From Ignavibacteriales bacterium (GTDB taxonomy: Bacteria > Bacteroidota > Ignavibacteria > T3Sed10-11), in contig PWXV01000336.1 of assembly GCA_003568415.1 (NCBI GenBank), positions 69,774-133,773 of the forward strand: a stretch of 64,000 nt of DNA. The letters are read 5' to 3'. The notes below the pieces were generated by a model, which did no database searches, was not told where the DNA came from, and saw only the letters and a list, made by a program, of their open reading frames with translations. Position 1 is the stretch's first letter. The number at the start of each line of letters is the position of its first letter. Shown here piece by piece: positions 20,101-29,303 of this stretch. The position numbers were made by a program, and so were the translations under genes.

Positions 20101-22098
20101 AATAATGTTATTGAACGCATTAAAGAGCTTCGACATCCCGATGTATTGAGTATTTCACTCTTTGACAAGGGATATGATAAGCTGCAATTGGTTGCTGCGC
20201 ACGGAATCCCGGACAAAAAAATGTCACATTCCTATGAAGGAATCCATCCAATTCTTCAAAAAATTCTCGGCAGTAACGAGCATACCATCATAGAAGATAT
20301 CCGGGAAGAACATCCCGATCTTCATGACCAGCTTATCAGAAAAGATCAGCGGTCTGTAGGATACTTTGTCCTCAAAACTGAAGGCAAGGTGATAGGTGTG
20401 TTAAGTGTCGGGTTTACAAGTCGAAACAAGTTTTTCCCCGAAGACGTCGCATTGTACCGGAATATAGTAACACAGGTTTCAATGGCGATGCAGAACGCGC
20501 AATTGTATCAGAAAATACAGGATTCGGAAGAAAAATATCGCTTGCTTGTTGAGACGGCACGGGATATGGTATTCTCGATGGACCTTGATGGAACCTTTAC
20601 CTATGTAAGTCCGAGCTCGGAGCATCTTACCGGTTACTTACCCGAAGAAATATTACAACGAAAATTTTCACCGCGAATGGTGCATCCGGGAGATTACCGC
20701 TATATTAATAAATTAATGCGGCTTGCAGTTGAACGCAGGGTGCCTACCGACACGGTTCGGGCCCTGGAATTTCGTATACGTACGCGTGAAGGAGAGTATA
20801 GATGGATGTCTGCATCCTGGACACTTGTTCATGATGCACGCGGTCAGATCACCGGTGTGCAATGTATCTTGCGTGATGTTCACGAACGGCGCTTAGCGGA
20901 AGAAGAAATAACACATCAATTACAACGGTTGCGTGTATTATATGAGCTTGCTCATAACCTGGCGGCAACACTTGACCAGAAGGAAATTCTTGAAGCAGTA
21001 TCAAAAAGTGTGAAACGAGTCTTACCGCACCAGTCGTTTTCAATTTATTTATATGATGAGCAATTGCCGGATGTGTTACAAAAGATAATGCAAATCAACA
21101 AACAAAAAGATAATGAAATTTTTGTCTTCGAGCCGGAATTGGTTTTAATACACCACGAGGGATTGGAGCTTGAACGGTCTGTAATTGAGAAGCGCCAGAT
21201 GGTTGATTTGCCGGGCGATTGGACTAACCCGCACAAGATCGTTGCACCGATGGTTATGAAAGAACGGGTGCTCGGGTTAATGGTGCTCGAAGCCGACGGT
21301 ACGGAATCATATAGTGAAACACACAAAGACTTGCTCCAGACTATTGCGCACCAGGCGGGTATGGCAATTGAAAAATCACTCCTCTATCGGGAAACGGTCG
21401 AAAAATCCGAGGAAATCGAGAGGCGAAATCGTGAACTTGATGATTTTACGTATGTTGTATCACACGATTTGAAGGAACCACTGATAAGCGTCGAGGGATA
21501 TAGCAAAATATTGTTGCAGGATTATCAGGAGATATTGCACGAAGAAGGGCAGGATTTGCTTTATTCAATTACACAGTCGTGTGACCGTATGAAAAATCTT
21601 ATCAATGAGCTGTTGACACTTTCCCGGGTCGGCCGCCTGACCGAAAGTATGACTACCGTTTCCACAGAATCAGTAATCAATGAAATATTGGAGGATCTCG
21701 AGTATACTGTCAAAAAACGAAATGTCACGATACATGTGGCAGAAAATTTGCCGGAAGTTCATGGTAATAAAGTGCATCTTGTTGTACTTTTCCGTAACTT
21801 GATAACAAACGGGATAAAATTCAACACCTCTGAAAAACCGGTAATTTCGATAGATTGGCAGGATGAAGATTCGATGTACCGTTTTAGTGTTCGTGATAAT
21901 GGTGTAGGTATAGAAAAAGAATATTTTGACAAAATTTTTGTTATATTTCATAGATTGCGCGGAGAGAAACAATACGAGGGGACGGGAGCGGGTTTAACGA
22001 TTGTGAAAAAGATTGTTGAAACCCACGGTGGTTCTATATGGCTTGACTCTGTCGTGGGTGAAGGAACAACATTTCATTTTACATTGCCAAAAGCATAA
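17122..22098 (+). CDS. soluble multi-PAS/GAF sensor histidine kinase
   Basis: About 6 PAS-like and 4 GAF-like segments; H-box SHDLKEPL, N-box NLITNGIKF, DNGVGI, GTGAGL; no TM. Confidence 0.93.
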   Translation: MGNKKIYNSKQQKFEDLPTAVVECTSRTIYYANRAAISLFNHSGKIPTTLAMFFGEQTAKKIRKILRDKSKHGEIVTIQDKVFDVKLKNAATESNRRELYLTDITNVYRQLDREKQSIGVFQTIVENSEDGISIVEKDRLVYVNNKFLELYGYSEPGQLIGKPLTVVVAPEDQERVLATSHSRQRGRDTPFIYDFKGKKQHGEIIEIEVAASRIQYNGKHVSLSFHRDVTERNMLEKQLIESEEFRENVFSSLEHGVVVFDTSLSCIDWNHQMQYFTGLDRSEAIGMHARQIFKKFKDHGALEKFDNVLTGTKVSFGYLPYLHPVTKQMRYAWLHLSPLLNAKGTVRGIVGILSDLTHQKFMQDEIKESETLFRNVLEAMGDALVLTDLQGRVLRVNKEFERITGYREDEALGQTIPYSWFYEPDTSRFVVWISELREKNYLHDFDIRWKSKSNEIIPVSLNTTLLRNKEGDPVAMLNIARNITDRKKLETELQNRTQQIELINRVISKANETIEINDLLDTLNHELRQLIEFDRFGIILLRGLDSVEEVAFTTDDDNGKSKREEHTGTNTSLGIDIRSWGKPYTSNNLLGESFEKLNLPLVNMGYKSLVAVPIYTKDTFLGILYLAMREANGFIGNEISLLQPICEQIGLIVDKLNLFTRVRDDAQYIHNLLYSMDDIVFTVNTDLVITESNTPLNEFPFTDKRRVRNKQKTLIGQPLYDVVKKAPYREGIEQVVSALFSENITIYNTEFTYAFNGEDKFYQLRINPMKIEGRIVGLVFTHTDITALKKTEEELKRRNRDLIELNEISAILTKSLNLNEVYTITLDKILKIFKASIVTVYLIEDEKTHLSGYIGELTKSEVREVEKIDISNSVIGEVLRAEQSVTISDGLDKYPNLSAKWRPIIDKYNLQASVVIPLTVQKNVLGVLSVEFNHRRKLSNQEMHLLQLISNQLSAAIENIRLYKNLQARVNDLTILASLGNIYASSLDIHEIANNVIERIKELRHPDVLSISLFDKGYDKLQLVAAHGIPDKKMSHSYEGIHPILQKILGSNEHTIIEDIREEHPDLHDQLIRKDQRSVGYFVLKTEGKVIGVLSVGFTSRNKFFPEDVALYRNIVTQVSMAMQNAQLYQKIQDSEEKYRLLVETARDMVFSMDLDGTFTYVSPSSEHLTGYLPEEILQRKFSPRMVHPGDYRYINKLMRLAVERRVPTDTVRALEFRIRTREGEYRWMSASWTLVHDARGQITGVQCILRDVHERRLAEEEITHQLQRLRVLYELAHNLAATLDQKEILEAVSKSVKRVLPHQSFSIYLYDEQLPDVLQKIMQINKQKDNEIFVFEPELVLIHHEGLELERSVIEKRQMVDLPGDWTNPHKIVAPMVMKERVLGLMVLEADGTESYSETHKDLLQTIAHQAGMAIEKSLLYRETVEKSEEIERRNRELDDFTYVVSHDLKEPLISVEGYSKILLQDYQEILHEEGQDLLYSITQSCDRMKNLINELLTLSRVGRLTESMTTVSTESVINEILEDLEYTVKKRNVTIHVAENLPEVHGNKVHLVVLFRNLITNGIKFNTSEKPVISIDWQDEDSMYRFSVRDNGVGIEKEYFDKIFVIFHRLRGEKQYEGTGAGLTIVKKIVETHGGSIWLDSVVGEGTTFHFTLPKA

Positions 22099-22109
22099 AG
22101 TTTATTATT

Positions 22110-22550
22110 GTGAAACAAGTACTGAATATTTTACTGATTGATGATAACCCGGACCATGGGAAGATCATTGTGTGGGCACTTGAACAATCGGATATAAAAA
22201 ACAAAGTAACCGTTGTTGAGAGCGGAGAGGAAGCATTGAATATGCTGTGGTCTATTGGTAAGCCGGAAGGTGCATTGAAACGTAAACCTGATATAATATT
22301 CCTCGATATTAATCTGCCAATTTTGAATGGAATTGATTTATTACAAAAGATTAAAGAGAATAATGAATTGAAGTCGATACCGGTTATTATTTTGAGCAGC
22401 TCTGACCGTATTGAGGATGTGAAAAAAGCATATTCTCTGGGTGCAAATACATTCATCAGTAAATCACATATATTTAATGAAGTTGCCCAGGCCGTAAATA
22501 CAGTTTGTGTTTATTGGGCAAATATAGCACAATTATCAACACGGAGTTAG
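22110..22550 (+). CDS. single-domain response regulator (Rcp1-like)
   Basis: LLIDDN, FLDINLP, PVIILSSS, AYSLGANTFISK. Confidence 0.92.
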   Translation: MKQVLNILLIDDNPDHGKIIVWALEQSDIKNKVTVVESGEEALNMLWSIGKPEGALKRKPDIIFLDINLPILNGIDLLQKIKENNELKSIPVIILSSSDRIEDVKKAYSLGANTFISKSHIFNEVAQAVNTVCVYWANIAQLSTRS

Positions 22551-23234
22551 ATGGGGATGACCGAAAAACGAGAAGTTAATGTTCTCATTATTGAGGATAA
22601 TGAAAACTTTGCACGATTGGTGCAAATATATCTTCGGCGATTTCAGGAGATAAAATTTAACATTATATGGAAAGAAAACGGTGAGCAGGGTATTAACGAA
22701 CTAAAAGAAAATCAGGATATTGATATTATTTTGATGGATTATTTCTTGCCGGGACAAAACGGTTTGGATACCACCTTACAACTTCGTGACAACGGAATAA
22801 CTACCCCTGTAATATTTCTAACCGTGAACAAAGACTTTAATCTGGCCCTGGAGGTTATGAAAGCAGGTGTATCGGATTATATCGTAAAGGAGGAAATTTC
22901 CACACCGGTATTCCCGAAAATCTTACTCAGTGTACTTGAAAAACGTGAATTACAAAATAAACTCGATCAGCTTGAAATAAGCAGCAAGCGACTTGAAGCC
23001 TTACAATCTCTTGCTGCCGATATTACCACTGATCTTGAGCCGCTTTTACAGGAAATGAAAACTATCTCAACAGAATTACTTGCTAAACACCAAACTGAAA
23101 AAACTTCAAACTATCTGAACATAATCAATGATAGTGTTCAGCGTATACAAACAAAGGTTGAAAAACTTAAAGAAATTAAAGAAGATAAAACGGTTACGTA
23201 TGTGAAAGATCTTGAGATGATCGACCTTTCGTAG
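22551..23234 (+). CDS. response regulator receiver fused to a degenerate HisKA-like helical domain
   Basis: IIEDN, LMDYFLPG, IFLT, DYIVK; C-terminal helical hairpin ending TYVKDLEMIDLS. Confidence 0.85.
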   Translation: MGMTEKREVNVLIIEDNENFARLVQIYLRRFQEIKFNIIWKENGEQGINELKENQDIDIILMDYFLPGQNGLDTTLQLRDNGITTPVIFLTVNKDFNLALEVMKAGVSDYIVKEEISTPVFPKILLSVLEKRELQNKLDQLEISSKRLEALQSLAADITTDLEPLLQEMKTISTELLAKHQTEKTSNYLNIINDSVQRIQTKVEKLKEIKEDKTVTYVKDLEMIDLS

Positions 23235-23278
23235 CACAATTTGCCCATATACAATATGCAAATTTTCCCATAACCTTC

Positions 23279-24136
23279 ATGAAAACTCGTATTGCGGTGG
23301 CACAAATTGATGTGCGTGTCGGAGATGTAGACCATAATTTAAAATTGCACATCAATTATGCAGAAGAAGCCATATCAAAAAATGCCCGGATTATTGTTTT
23401 CCCTGAACTGAGTCTTACCGGTTATTCTCTTCGTGATTTGGTACATGATGTGACGCAGGTAAGCTATGCCGATAATCCGAACTATAAAAAATTACTCGCG
23501 TTAAGCAACGATATTCACATCATTGCGGGGGGAGTAGAGGAAACAAGAAATTATAGATTACATAATGCCGCCTTTTTATTCACCGGTGGAAATATGCAGG
23601 TAATTCACCGTAAAATATATTTACCTACATACGGTATGTTTGAGGAGAATAGATATTTTCTGCCGGGGAAATCGCTTCGATCTTTTGATACACCTGCCGG
23701 GCGATGGGGAGTATTGATTTGTGAGGATCTCTGGCATTTATCAACACCATACCTCATTGCACAGGATGGCGCAGAGATTATTGCCGCTTTAGCTGCCAGT
23801 CCGACCCGGCTTGGGGGTGAGAAGAACAGTGAGCCGGCAGTCGCCGAAATCAATATGGAACACCACAAAACCTATGCGCGTCTTTTATCATGTTATGTGC
23901 TGTTTTGTAATCGTGTTGGATTTGAGGATGGAATCAGCTTTTGGGGCGGCTCAAGTATTATAGGTCCGGATGGAACCATTGTAAAACAAGCTCCGTTTTT
24001 TGATGATACAGTTATCTATGCTGACATTACAAATGATGAAATTAAACGTGCCCGACGTGACTCCCGCCATGCGCTCTATGAGCGCCCCGAATTTGTGATG
24101 AAGGAATTGGAGCGGATTGACCGCAATCGACATTAA
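23279..24136 (+). CDS. carbon-nitrogen hydrolase (nitrilase superfamily, NAD synthetase glutaminase-like)
   Basis: E-K-C triad in FPELSLTGY, RKIYLPTYGMFEENRYF, ICEDLW. Confidence 0.88.
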   Translation: MKTRIAVAQIDVRVGDVDHNLKLHINYAEEAISKNARIIVFPELSLTGYSLRDLVHDVTQVSYADNPNYKKLLALSNDIHIIAGGVEETRNYRLHNAAFLFTGGNMQVIHRKIYLPTYGMFEENRYFLPGKSLRSFDTPAGRWGVLICEDLWHLSTPYLIAQDGAEIIAALAASPTRLGGEKNSEPAVAEINMEHHKTYARLLSCYVLFCNRVGFEDGISFWGGSSIIGPDGTIVKQAPFFDDTVIYADITNDEIKRARRDSRHALYERPEFVMKELERIDRNRH

Positions 24137-24138
24137 TG

Positions 24139-24167
24139 TTGCTAAATAGCCCAAAATTTAATATTTT
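24139..24167 (+). promoter_or_regulatory. putative sigma70-type promoter for htpX
   Basis: TTGCTA-17 bp-TATTTT; AAGGAGG RBS downstream. Confidence 0.4.
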
Positions 24168-24230
24168 GAAAGTTTGTAGGTATTCAGTATCGAAAGTATC
24201 TGTTATTAAGGAGGAGGGAAATATAGAAGA

Positions 24231-25082
24231 ATGAATGGTGTAAAAACAGCGTTTTTGCTGACGTTGATTATGGTGCTTTTTTTGCTTGTCGGCCAGGCAT
24301 TGGGCGGACAGGACGGGTTAATTATTGCCTTTATAATTGCACTGGCTTTCAACTTTTTCAGTTACTGGTATTCAGATAGAGTAATCTTAAAAATGTACAA
24401 GGCAAAAGAGGTTACCCGTGAACAGGCTCCGAAATTGTACAACATGGTCGATAAGCTTGTCAAACGTAGCAATATGCCGATGCCGAAGATATATGTAATT
24501 CCGTCAAGTACCCCGAACGCATTTGCTACCGGCAGAAATCCTCAAAATGCCGTTGTAGCAGTTACCGAAGGAATTGTGCGATTATTAAACGATGAGGAAC
24601 TCGAAGGAGTGCTTGCGCATGAACTTGCACATATCCGAAATCGTGATATTTTACTCAGCACGATCGTTGCTACGGTTGTTACAGCAATTACGTACCTCTC
24701 GCTGATGGGGAGATTTGCATTCCTCTTTATGGGAAGAGGTGGTGATCGGAGTGCGGGAGAGGCATTCGGACAATTATTATTACTGATTCTTGCACCGATT
24801 GCGGCTATGATAATTCAGCTTGCTATATCCCGTGCCCGTGAATATATGGCAGATGCAGGAGGAGCAGAGATATGTGGTAAACCAATGGCATTAGCGAACG
24901 CATTGAACAAGCTCGAAAAGGGAGTACAGCGAGCGCCAATGCCGGACACAAATTCGTCAACTTCACATTTATTCATTGTTAATCCGTTCAGAGGTGGTGG
25001 AGTAAGTAAATTATTCTCTACACACCCGCCAATCCCTGAACGAGTAAAACGGCTTGAAGCTCTTGCCCGGGGCAGAGCGTAA
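24231..25082 (+). CDS. htpX: zinc metalloprotease HtpX (M48)
   Basis: PNAFATGRNP, HELAH, SRAREYMAD, LFSTHPP. Confidence 0.96.
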   Translation: MNGVKTAFLLTLIMVLFLLVGQALGGQDGLIIAFIIALAFNFFSYWYSDRVILKMYKAKEVTREQAPKLYNMVDKLVKRSNMPMPKIYVIPSSTPNAFATGRNPQNAVVAVTEGIVRLLNDEELEGVLAHELAHIRNRDILLSTIVATVVTAITYLSLMGRFAFLFMGRGGDRSAGEAFGQLLLLILAPIAAMIIQLAISRAREYMADAGGAEICGKPMALANALNKLEKGVQRAPMPDTNSSTSHLFIVNPFRGGGVSKLFSTHPPIPERVKRLEALARGRA

Positions 25083-25103
25083 GCCAGGAACGAGTAACGA
25101 GCG

Positions 25104-25724
25104 GTGAATTACCGGCAAATTAGTTTGCCAATACTATTGATCTTGTGTTTTGTATTCAATACGAAGACCGCAAAAGCACAGGATGAACTAATCTCCAATA
25201 CAGAGCTATTGCACAAAGTAATAGAAAAGAGCATTGTGCAGCTTGAGGATGTGTTACCTTCGAACGCTGATGTTTCGTTGGAAATACAATTCGCTGATTA
25301 TGATTGGTTTATTCGTCACAGGGCGATTAAAGTATTGGGTGATTTAGGATATAATGTCCGTGGAAATAACGAAAATTATCAAGACGGACATTACAAAGTA
25401 GAATTGGGGGTTGAGCAGCTTGGTATACGTTACGATAATGTACGCAAGCGCTCGATCTTTCGATCAAGGACGATGACACGTCATGCCGATGTGGCTTTTT
25501 CGTTGCGGATAAGCGGTGATGGCCGGGAACGGGTTATCCGGATTTCAGAGTATGTCAGCGACGAAATAGCATATAATAAGCATCGGGAAGTTGAGAATTC
25601 AGCGTTGCCGTTTACCCAGGCGAATGTGCCGGATGGTTCATTTACCGAGCGCTTATTGGGACCGGCAGTTATCGTCGGAGCGACCGGTGTCGTTATTTAT
25701 TTATTTTTCTCGGTGCGTAGTTAA
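25104..25724 (+). CDS. hypothetical exported protein with C-terminal hydrophobic segment
   Basis: Signal peptide ending AKA; C-terminal GPAVIVGATGVVIYLFFSVRS. Confidence 0.7.
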   Translation: MNYRQISLPILLILCFVFNTKTAKAQDELISNTELLHKVIEKSIVQLEDVLPSNADVSLEIQFADYDWFIRHRAIKVLGDLGYNVRGNNENYQDGHYKVELGVEQLGIRYDNVRKRSIFRSRTMTRHADVAFSLRISGDGRERVIRISEYVSDEIAYNKHREVENSALPFTQANVPDGSFTERLLGPAVIVGATGVVIYLFFSVRS

Positions 25725-25731
25725 TTAAAAT

Positions 25732-26607
25732 ATGAATGAAAGAAACAGGATATATATGACCCAGCGGGAAGTGTTATTTTTTAAGATGGCGGGGATTTTT
25801 TTACTTATCAGTTTGATCATCATAGGATGCGGGCGTCGTGACGTAACGCTTGATCTCAGTGCTTCAGAGCGGTTTGAGAGGGGGATGGAGTTTTATGATG
25901 ATGGAAGTTATAGTCGCGCAGTCAATGAATTTCGTGTTGTTACACGACAATTCTCAGGCAGTGAGTACGCTGATGATGCGCAATATTATATGGCAATGTC
26001 ATATTACAATCGCGGCGAGTATGTTCTTGCAGCGAACGAGTTTGAAACGCTGGTCAATACAATGAGCGGCAGCCCGCTCGTTGCCGACGCGCAATATAAA
26101 CTTGCGATGTCGTACTATCAACTCTCTCCGAGATATGACCTCGATCAGGAGTATACCTACAAAGCTATCGATGAATTTCAAGCATTTGTCGACTTCTTCC
26201 CGACAAATGAACTGGTGCCCGATGCCGAGGAAAGGATACAGGAATTAAATAAAAAATTAGCGCGCAAACAGTATGAAAATGCGACGCTGTATATGCGTAT
26301 GAGATACTATCGGGCAGCAACCCGATACTACGAGATTGTCATTCAACAGTATCACGATACCGAGTATGCTGAATCTGCTCATATCGGTAAAGTAGAAGCA
26401 TTGATGGCACGGGAGCTGTATGATGAAGCAAATGAAACCATTCAGCAATTCCACAGGAGGTTTCCGGATAGCGATAAACGTTCCCGGATAGAAACTCTTG
26501 AGCGGCGTATTGCAGCTGAATTGGAAAAAGTCGATGAAGATTCAGATAATGGCCCGGATTCACCGCAAACTACTACAGGAGAGTCTTCCGGAGCGGGTAA
26601 ACTTTGA
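25732..26607 (+). CDS. bamD: outer membrane protein assembly factor BamD
   Basis: Lipobox IIIGC, TPR repeats, SPRYDLDQEYT..AIDEFQ.F; true start may be a downstream ATG. Confidence 0.9.
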   Translation: MNERNRIYMTQREVLFFKMAGIFLLISLIIIGCGRRDVTLDLSASERFERGMEFYDDGSYSRAVNEFRVVTRQFSGSEYADDAQYYMAMSYYNRGEYVLAANEFETLVNTMSGSPLVADAQYKLAMSYYQLSPRYDLDQEYTYKAIDEFQAFVDFFPTNELVPDAEERIQELNKKLARKQYENATLYMRMRYYRAATRYYEIVIQQYHDTEYAESAHIGKVEALMARELYDEANETIQQFHRRFPDSDKRSRIETLERRIAAELEKVDEDSDNGPDSPQTTTGESSGAGKL

Positions 26608-27092
26608 CCGGAGAAAAGCGTAAACCGAAAGACTCACAGGTTGAGATGACTGAACTTGTATTGCCGAACGATACAAATACACTCGGCAATATGCTCGGAG
26701 GCCGGTTGATGCATTTGATTGATATTGCTGCGGCAATTGCCGGAGCGCGTCATTCACATAAGGTTGCCGTCACCGCTTCAGTCGATGAGCTTAACTTTCT
26801 GCATCCGATTAAATTGGGTGAGGTTGTCATCTTACGAGCTTCGGTAAACCGGGTGTTTAGGACATCAATGGAAGTAGGGGTGAAGGTATATTCGCAAAAT
26901 TTGCGAACCGGAGATTTAACACATGCCAATAGCGCATATCTGACATTTGTCGCGCTCGACGATAGCGGAACACCATCCGAAATCGAACCGATTCACCCCG
27001 AGACTGAAACAGAAGAACGGCGGTATCGGGAAGCACTTGAGCGAAGAGAACGCCGGTTGCAGCATCGTAAACATCAGAAAAAAAGTAACTAA
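26604..27092 (+). CDS. acyl-CoA thioesterase (hotdog fold, YciA-like)
   Basis: LPNDTNTLGNMLGG, VTASVD, RTSMEVGV, LTFVALD. Confidence 0.92.
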   Translation: MTGEKRKPKDSQVEMTELVLPNDTNTLGNMLGGRLMHLIDIAAAIAGARHSHKVAVTASVDELNFLHPIKLGEVVILRASVNRVFRTSMEVGVKVYSQNLRTGDLTHANSAYLTFVALDDSGTPSEIEPIHPETETEERRYREALERRERRLQHRKHQKKSN

Positions 27093-27095
27093 TTA

Positions 27096-29303
27096 ATGAG
27101 TGTCGGGGTGAACAAACACACTCTTCGATATCGACAGCGTTTTAAATTCATACTAGTATTGATAGTATGTGTGGTAATCCTTGTGCATTCTCAATCCGAT
27201 ATAATTAAAAATGTTCCGGTCGGTCCAATCGAATTTATTACCCTTCCCTCGAAACCTTTGACTATTACAACCGCCAGTATTACCGGTCATGGCGAAGAAG
27301 ATTTAATAATCACCTATGATGCTCCACGCCTTTCGATATTTACTGATAAGGATCATACTCATATTGAATTAGATTACTCAATCTCACTAGTCAAATCTAT
27401 TCAACGAAAAGGAAAGCGTGATCTCTTAATCTGTGTAACTCATCACGAAAACGAAATTAATAGCTTGCAGTATGAACCGGATGAGAATGTGTTCACCAAA
27501 AATTTAGTGGCGCGGTTGCAACAGCAACCATATATGCTTAAGACTGCCGACGTGTCGGGCAACGGCTATCAGGATATAATAGTTCTTCTTGAGAATCAAA
27601 CCGGCGTGGGTGTATTACAAAATAATGGCGACGGTACCTTCAGAGATATTGAGTTTCTGTTTGACGAGATTTTTATTTCAATGTTTCAAGTCGTGGATCT
27701 GAACGGGGATGGCATTAATGATTTTGTGCTGTATGACCCTATTCAGAATATGCTTCGGATTCATTATGGATTCGGAAGAATGACGTTTGCTCTTGAACGT
27801 CGCGTTTCATTGCCGGCATCAATCGATTATTTTCAATCACTCCCGATAATAGAAGATGCAATATATGACCTGATTACAATGTTTCCCGGTTCGAAGGAAT
27901 TCAGAGTGTTTCTTGGTGACGGACTTGGCCGATATTCACCGGTACAAACACACCGGCTATCATCAGCATCGACATCGTTTCTTTTCGCCGATCTTTTCAA
28001 TACTCGACTCGCCGATCTTATTGTGGCCGAACGTGAAACCGGTATTCTGAGGATCTTTCAAAATGATCATCGACATGGCTTTAAATCGGCGGGGAAAATT
28101 CAGCTTCCGGTGGGTATTGATGATATGAAAATTCTCAAGAATTCCAAAACCAATAATGATGAACTATATGTGCTTGATATTGAAAATAATCGCTTGATTG
28201 TTCTCGGATTATTACCTGCAGCCGAAGAATTTTTACCGCCAAAACTTGCTCTCGCTTCAGAAGCCAGCGATATGGTCACTGCCAACTTGTTTGGCGGTGA
28301 GTTACCCGAGCTATATATACTTTGCGAGCAGGCGGCAACAATCTCGGTTTACTGGTATAACCGGCAATTTGAGTTGAACCACACAATGATTTCACTTCCG
28401 GGTAATCCGGATCGTTTGTATGTTCATCGCGGACCATCGAACAAGTTGAAACTAATTGTTTCGGAAAAAAAATCTAATTTCATTACAGTTGTTTCGATGA
28501 ACTGGTATGAACAGGAAGCCAATGTGTACGGTATACCTGCTATGACCGGTTCTGATGTTATCTATCTTGGATTGACATCGGATGAGCGCTTTCAATTCGG
28601 TACGGTTTCGTTTACCCAGGAGCACAATACACCGACATTGTCGTTATTTGATCAAATTGCCAGCGATGAATATATCGAACATACGATCACACCTATTCAC
28701 GAAGAACATATGCTCGCATTAGATGTTGTGGATCTTAGTCGGAATAACGCTGTGGATATTATTTATTTATACCGTAATGAAGACGAAGCAGAAGTTTATT
28801 TAACGTCTGCGCTCAATGATTCTAATTATGTTTTTCGCAAGCAGGGCAATATTCTTTCACTCGAAGACTCGACTGCAACACGGGGTTTTGTTATAGCTGA
28901 AAAATCTACCATGGATGATGAAACATCATTTATTGTCTATCTTGATGATCAAACGGGGGATAGCGGACGGATATGCAGGGTGAGAGGAGAGCGCAACGGC
29001 ACGCTTTCATTGCATGCGGGAAATTCCACTGACAAGTTCATCCATTCGGCAAGTGATATATACTTATTAGATTCACCGAATGAACCATATAGTGATATTG
29101 TATATTATAATGCACGAAGTCAGGCAATTGAAATTATGCAAAGTACAAGTAATGGATTGTTTGCGCCTGAGCGGTTGCTTAAAAAAGTTGATGACTATTC
29201 ATCACTCACGGTTTATTCTGAACCGATCGGTGAAATACATATGCTTGTTATCGGTAGAAAAGGGAATCCTTATGTTGAGGTGTTGCGTATTGATGAGTAC
29301 TAG
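27096..29303 (+). CDS. FG-GAP/VCBS repeat beta-propeller protein, exported
   Basis: Repeats ADVSGNGYQDII, NNGDGTF, VDLNGDGINDFV, FLGDGLG, DLSRNNAVDII; N-terminal hydrophobic segment. Confidence 0.75.
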   Translation: MSVGVNKHTLRYRQRFKFILVLIVCVVILVHSQSDIIKNVPVGPIEFITLPSKPLTITTASITGHGEEDLIITYDAPRLSIFTDKDHTHIELDYSISLVKSIQRKGKRDLLICVTHHENEINSLQYEPDENVFTKNLVARLQQQPYMLKTADVSGNGYQDIIVLLENQTGVGVLQNNGDGTFRDIEFLFDEIFISMFQVVDLNGDGINDFVLYDPIQNMLRIHYGFGRMTFALERRVSLPASIDYFQSLPIIEDAIYDLITMFPGSKEFRVFLGDGLGRYSPVQTHRLSSASTSFLFADLFNTRLADLIVAERETGILRIFQNDHRHGFKSAGKIQLPVGIDDMKILKNSKTNNDELYVLDIENNRLIVLGLLPAAEEFLPPKLALASEASDMVTANLFGGELPELYILCEQAATISVYWYNRQFELNHTMISLPGNPDRLYVHRGPSNKLKLIVSEKKSNFITVVSMNWYEQEANVYGIPAMTGSDVIYLGLTSDERFQFGTVSFTQEHNTPTLSLFDQIASDEYIEHTITPIHEEHMLALDVVDLSRNNAVDIIYLYRNEDEAEVYLTSALNDSNYVFRKQGNILSLEDSTATRGFVIAEKSTMDDETSFIVYLDDQTGDSGRICRVRGERNGTLSLHAGNSTDKFIHSASDIYLLDSPNEPYSDIVYYNARSQAIEIMQSTSNGLFAPERLLKKVDDYSSLTVYSEPIGEIHMLVIGRKGNPYVEVLRIDEY

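Noticed and set aside
17122-22098. Phytochrome or LOV photoreceptor call for the kinase
   Set aside because: No PAS-GAF-PHY core, DIP motif or NCRFLQ motif visible
29080-29292. N-terminal extension of the metalloprotease in the ORF track
   Set aside because: Falls inside the FG-GAP gene; the signal peptide begins at ATG 29293
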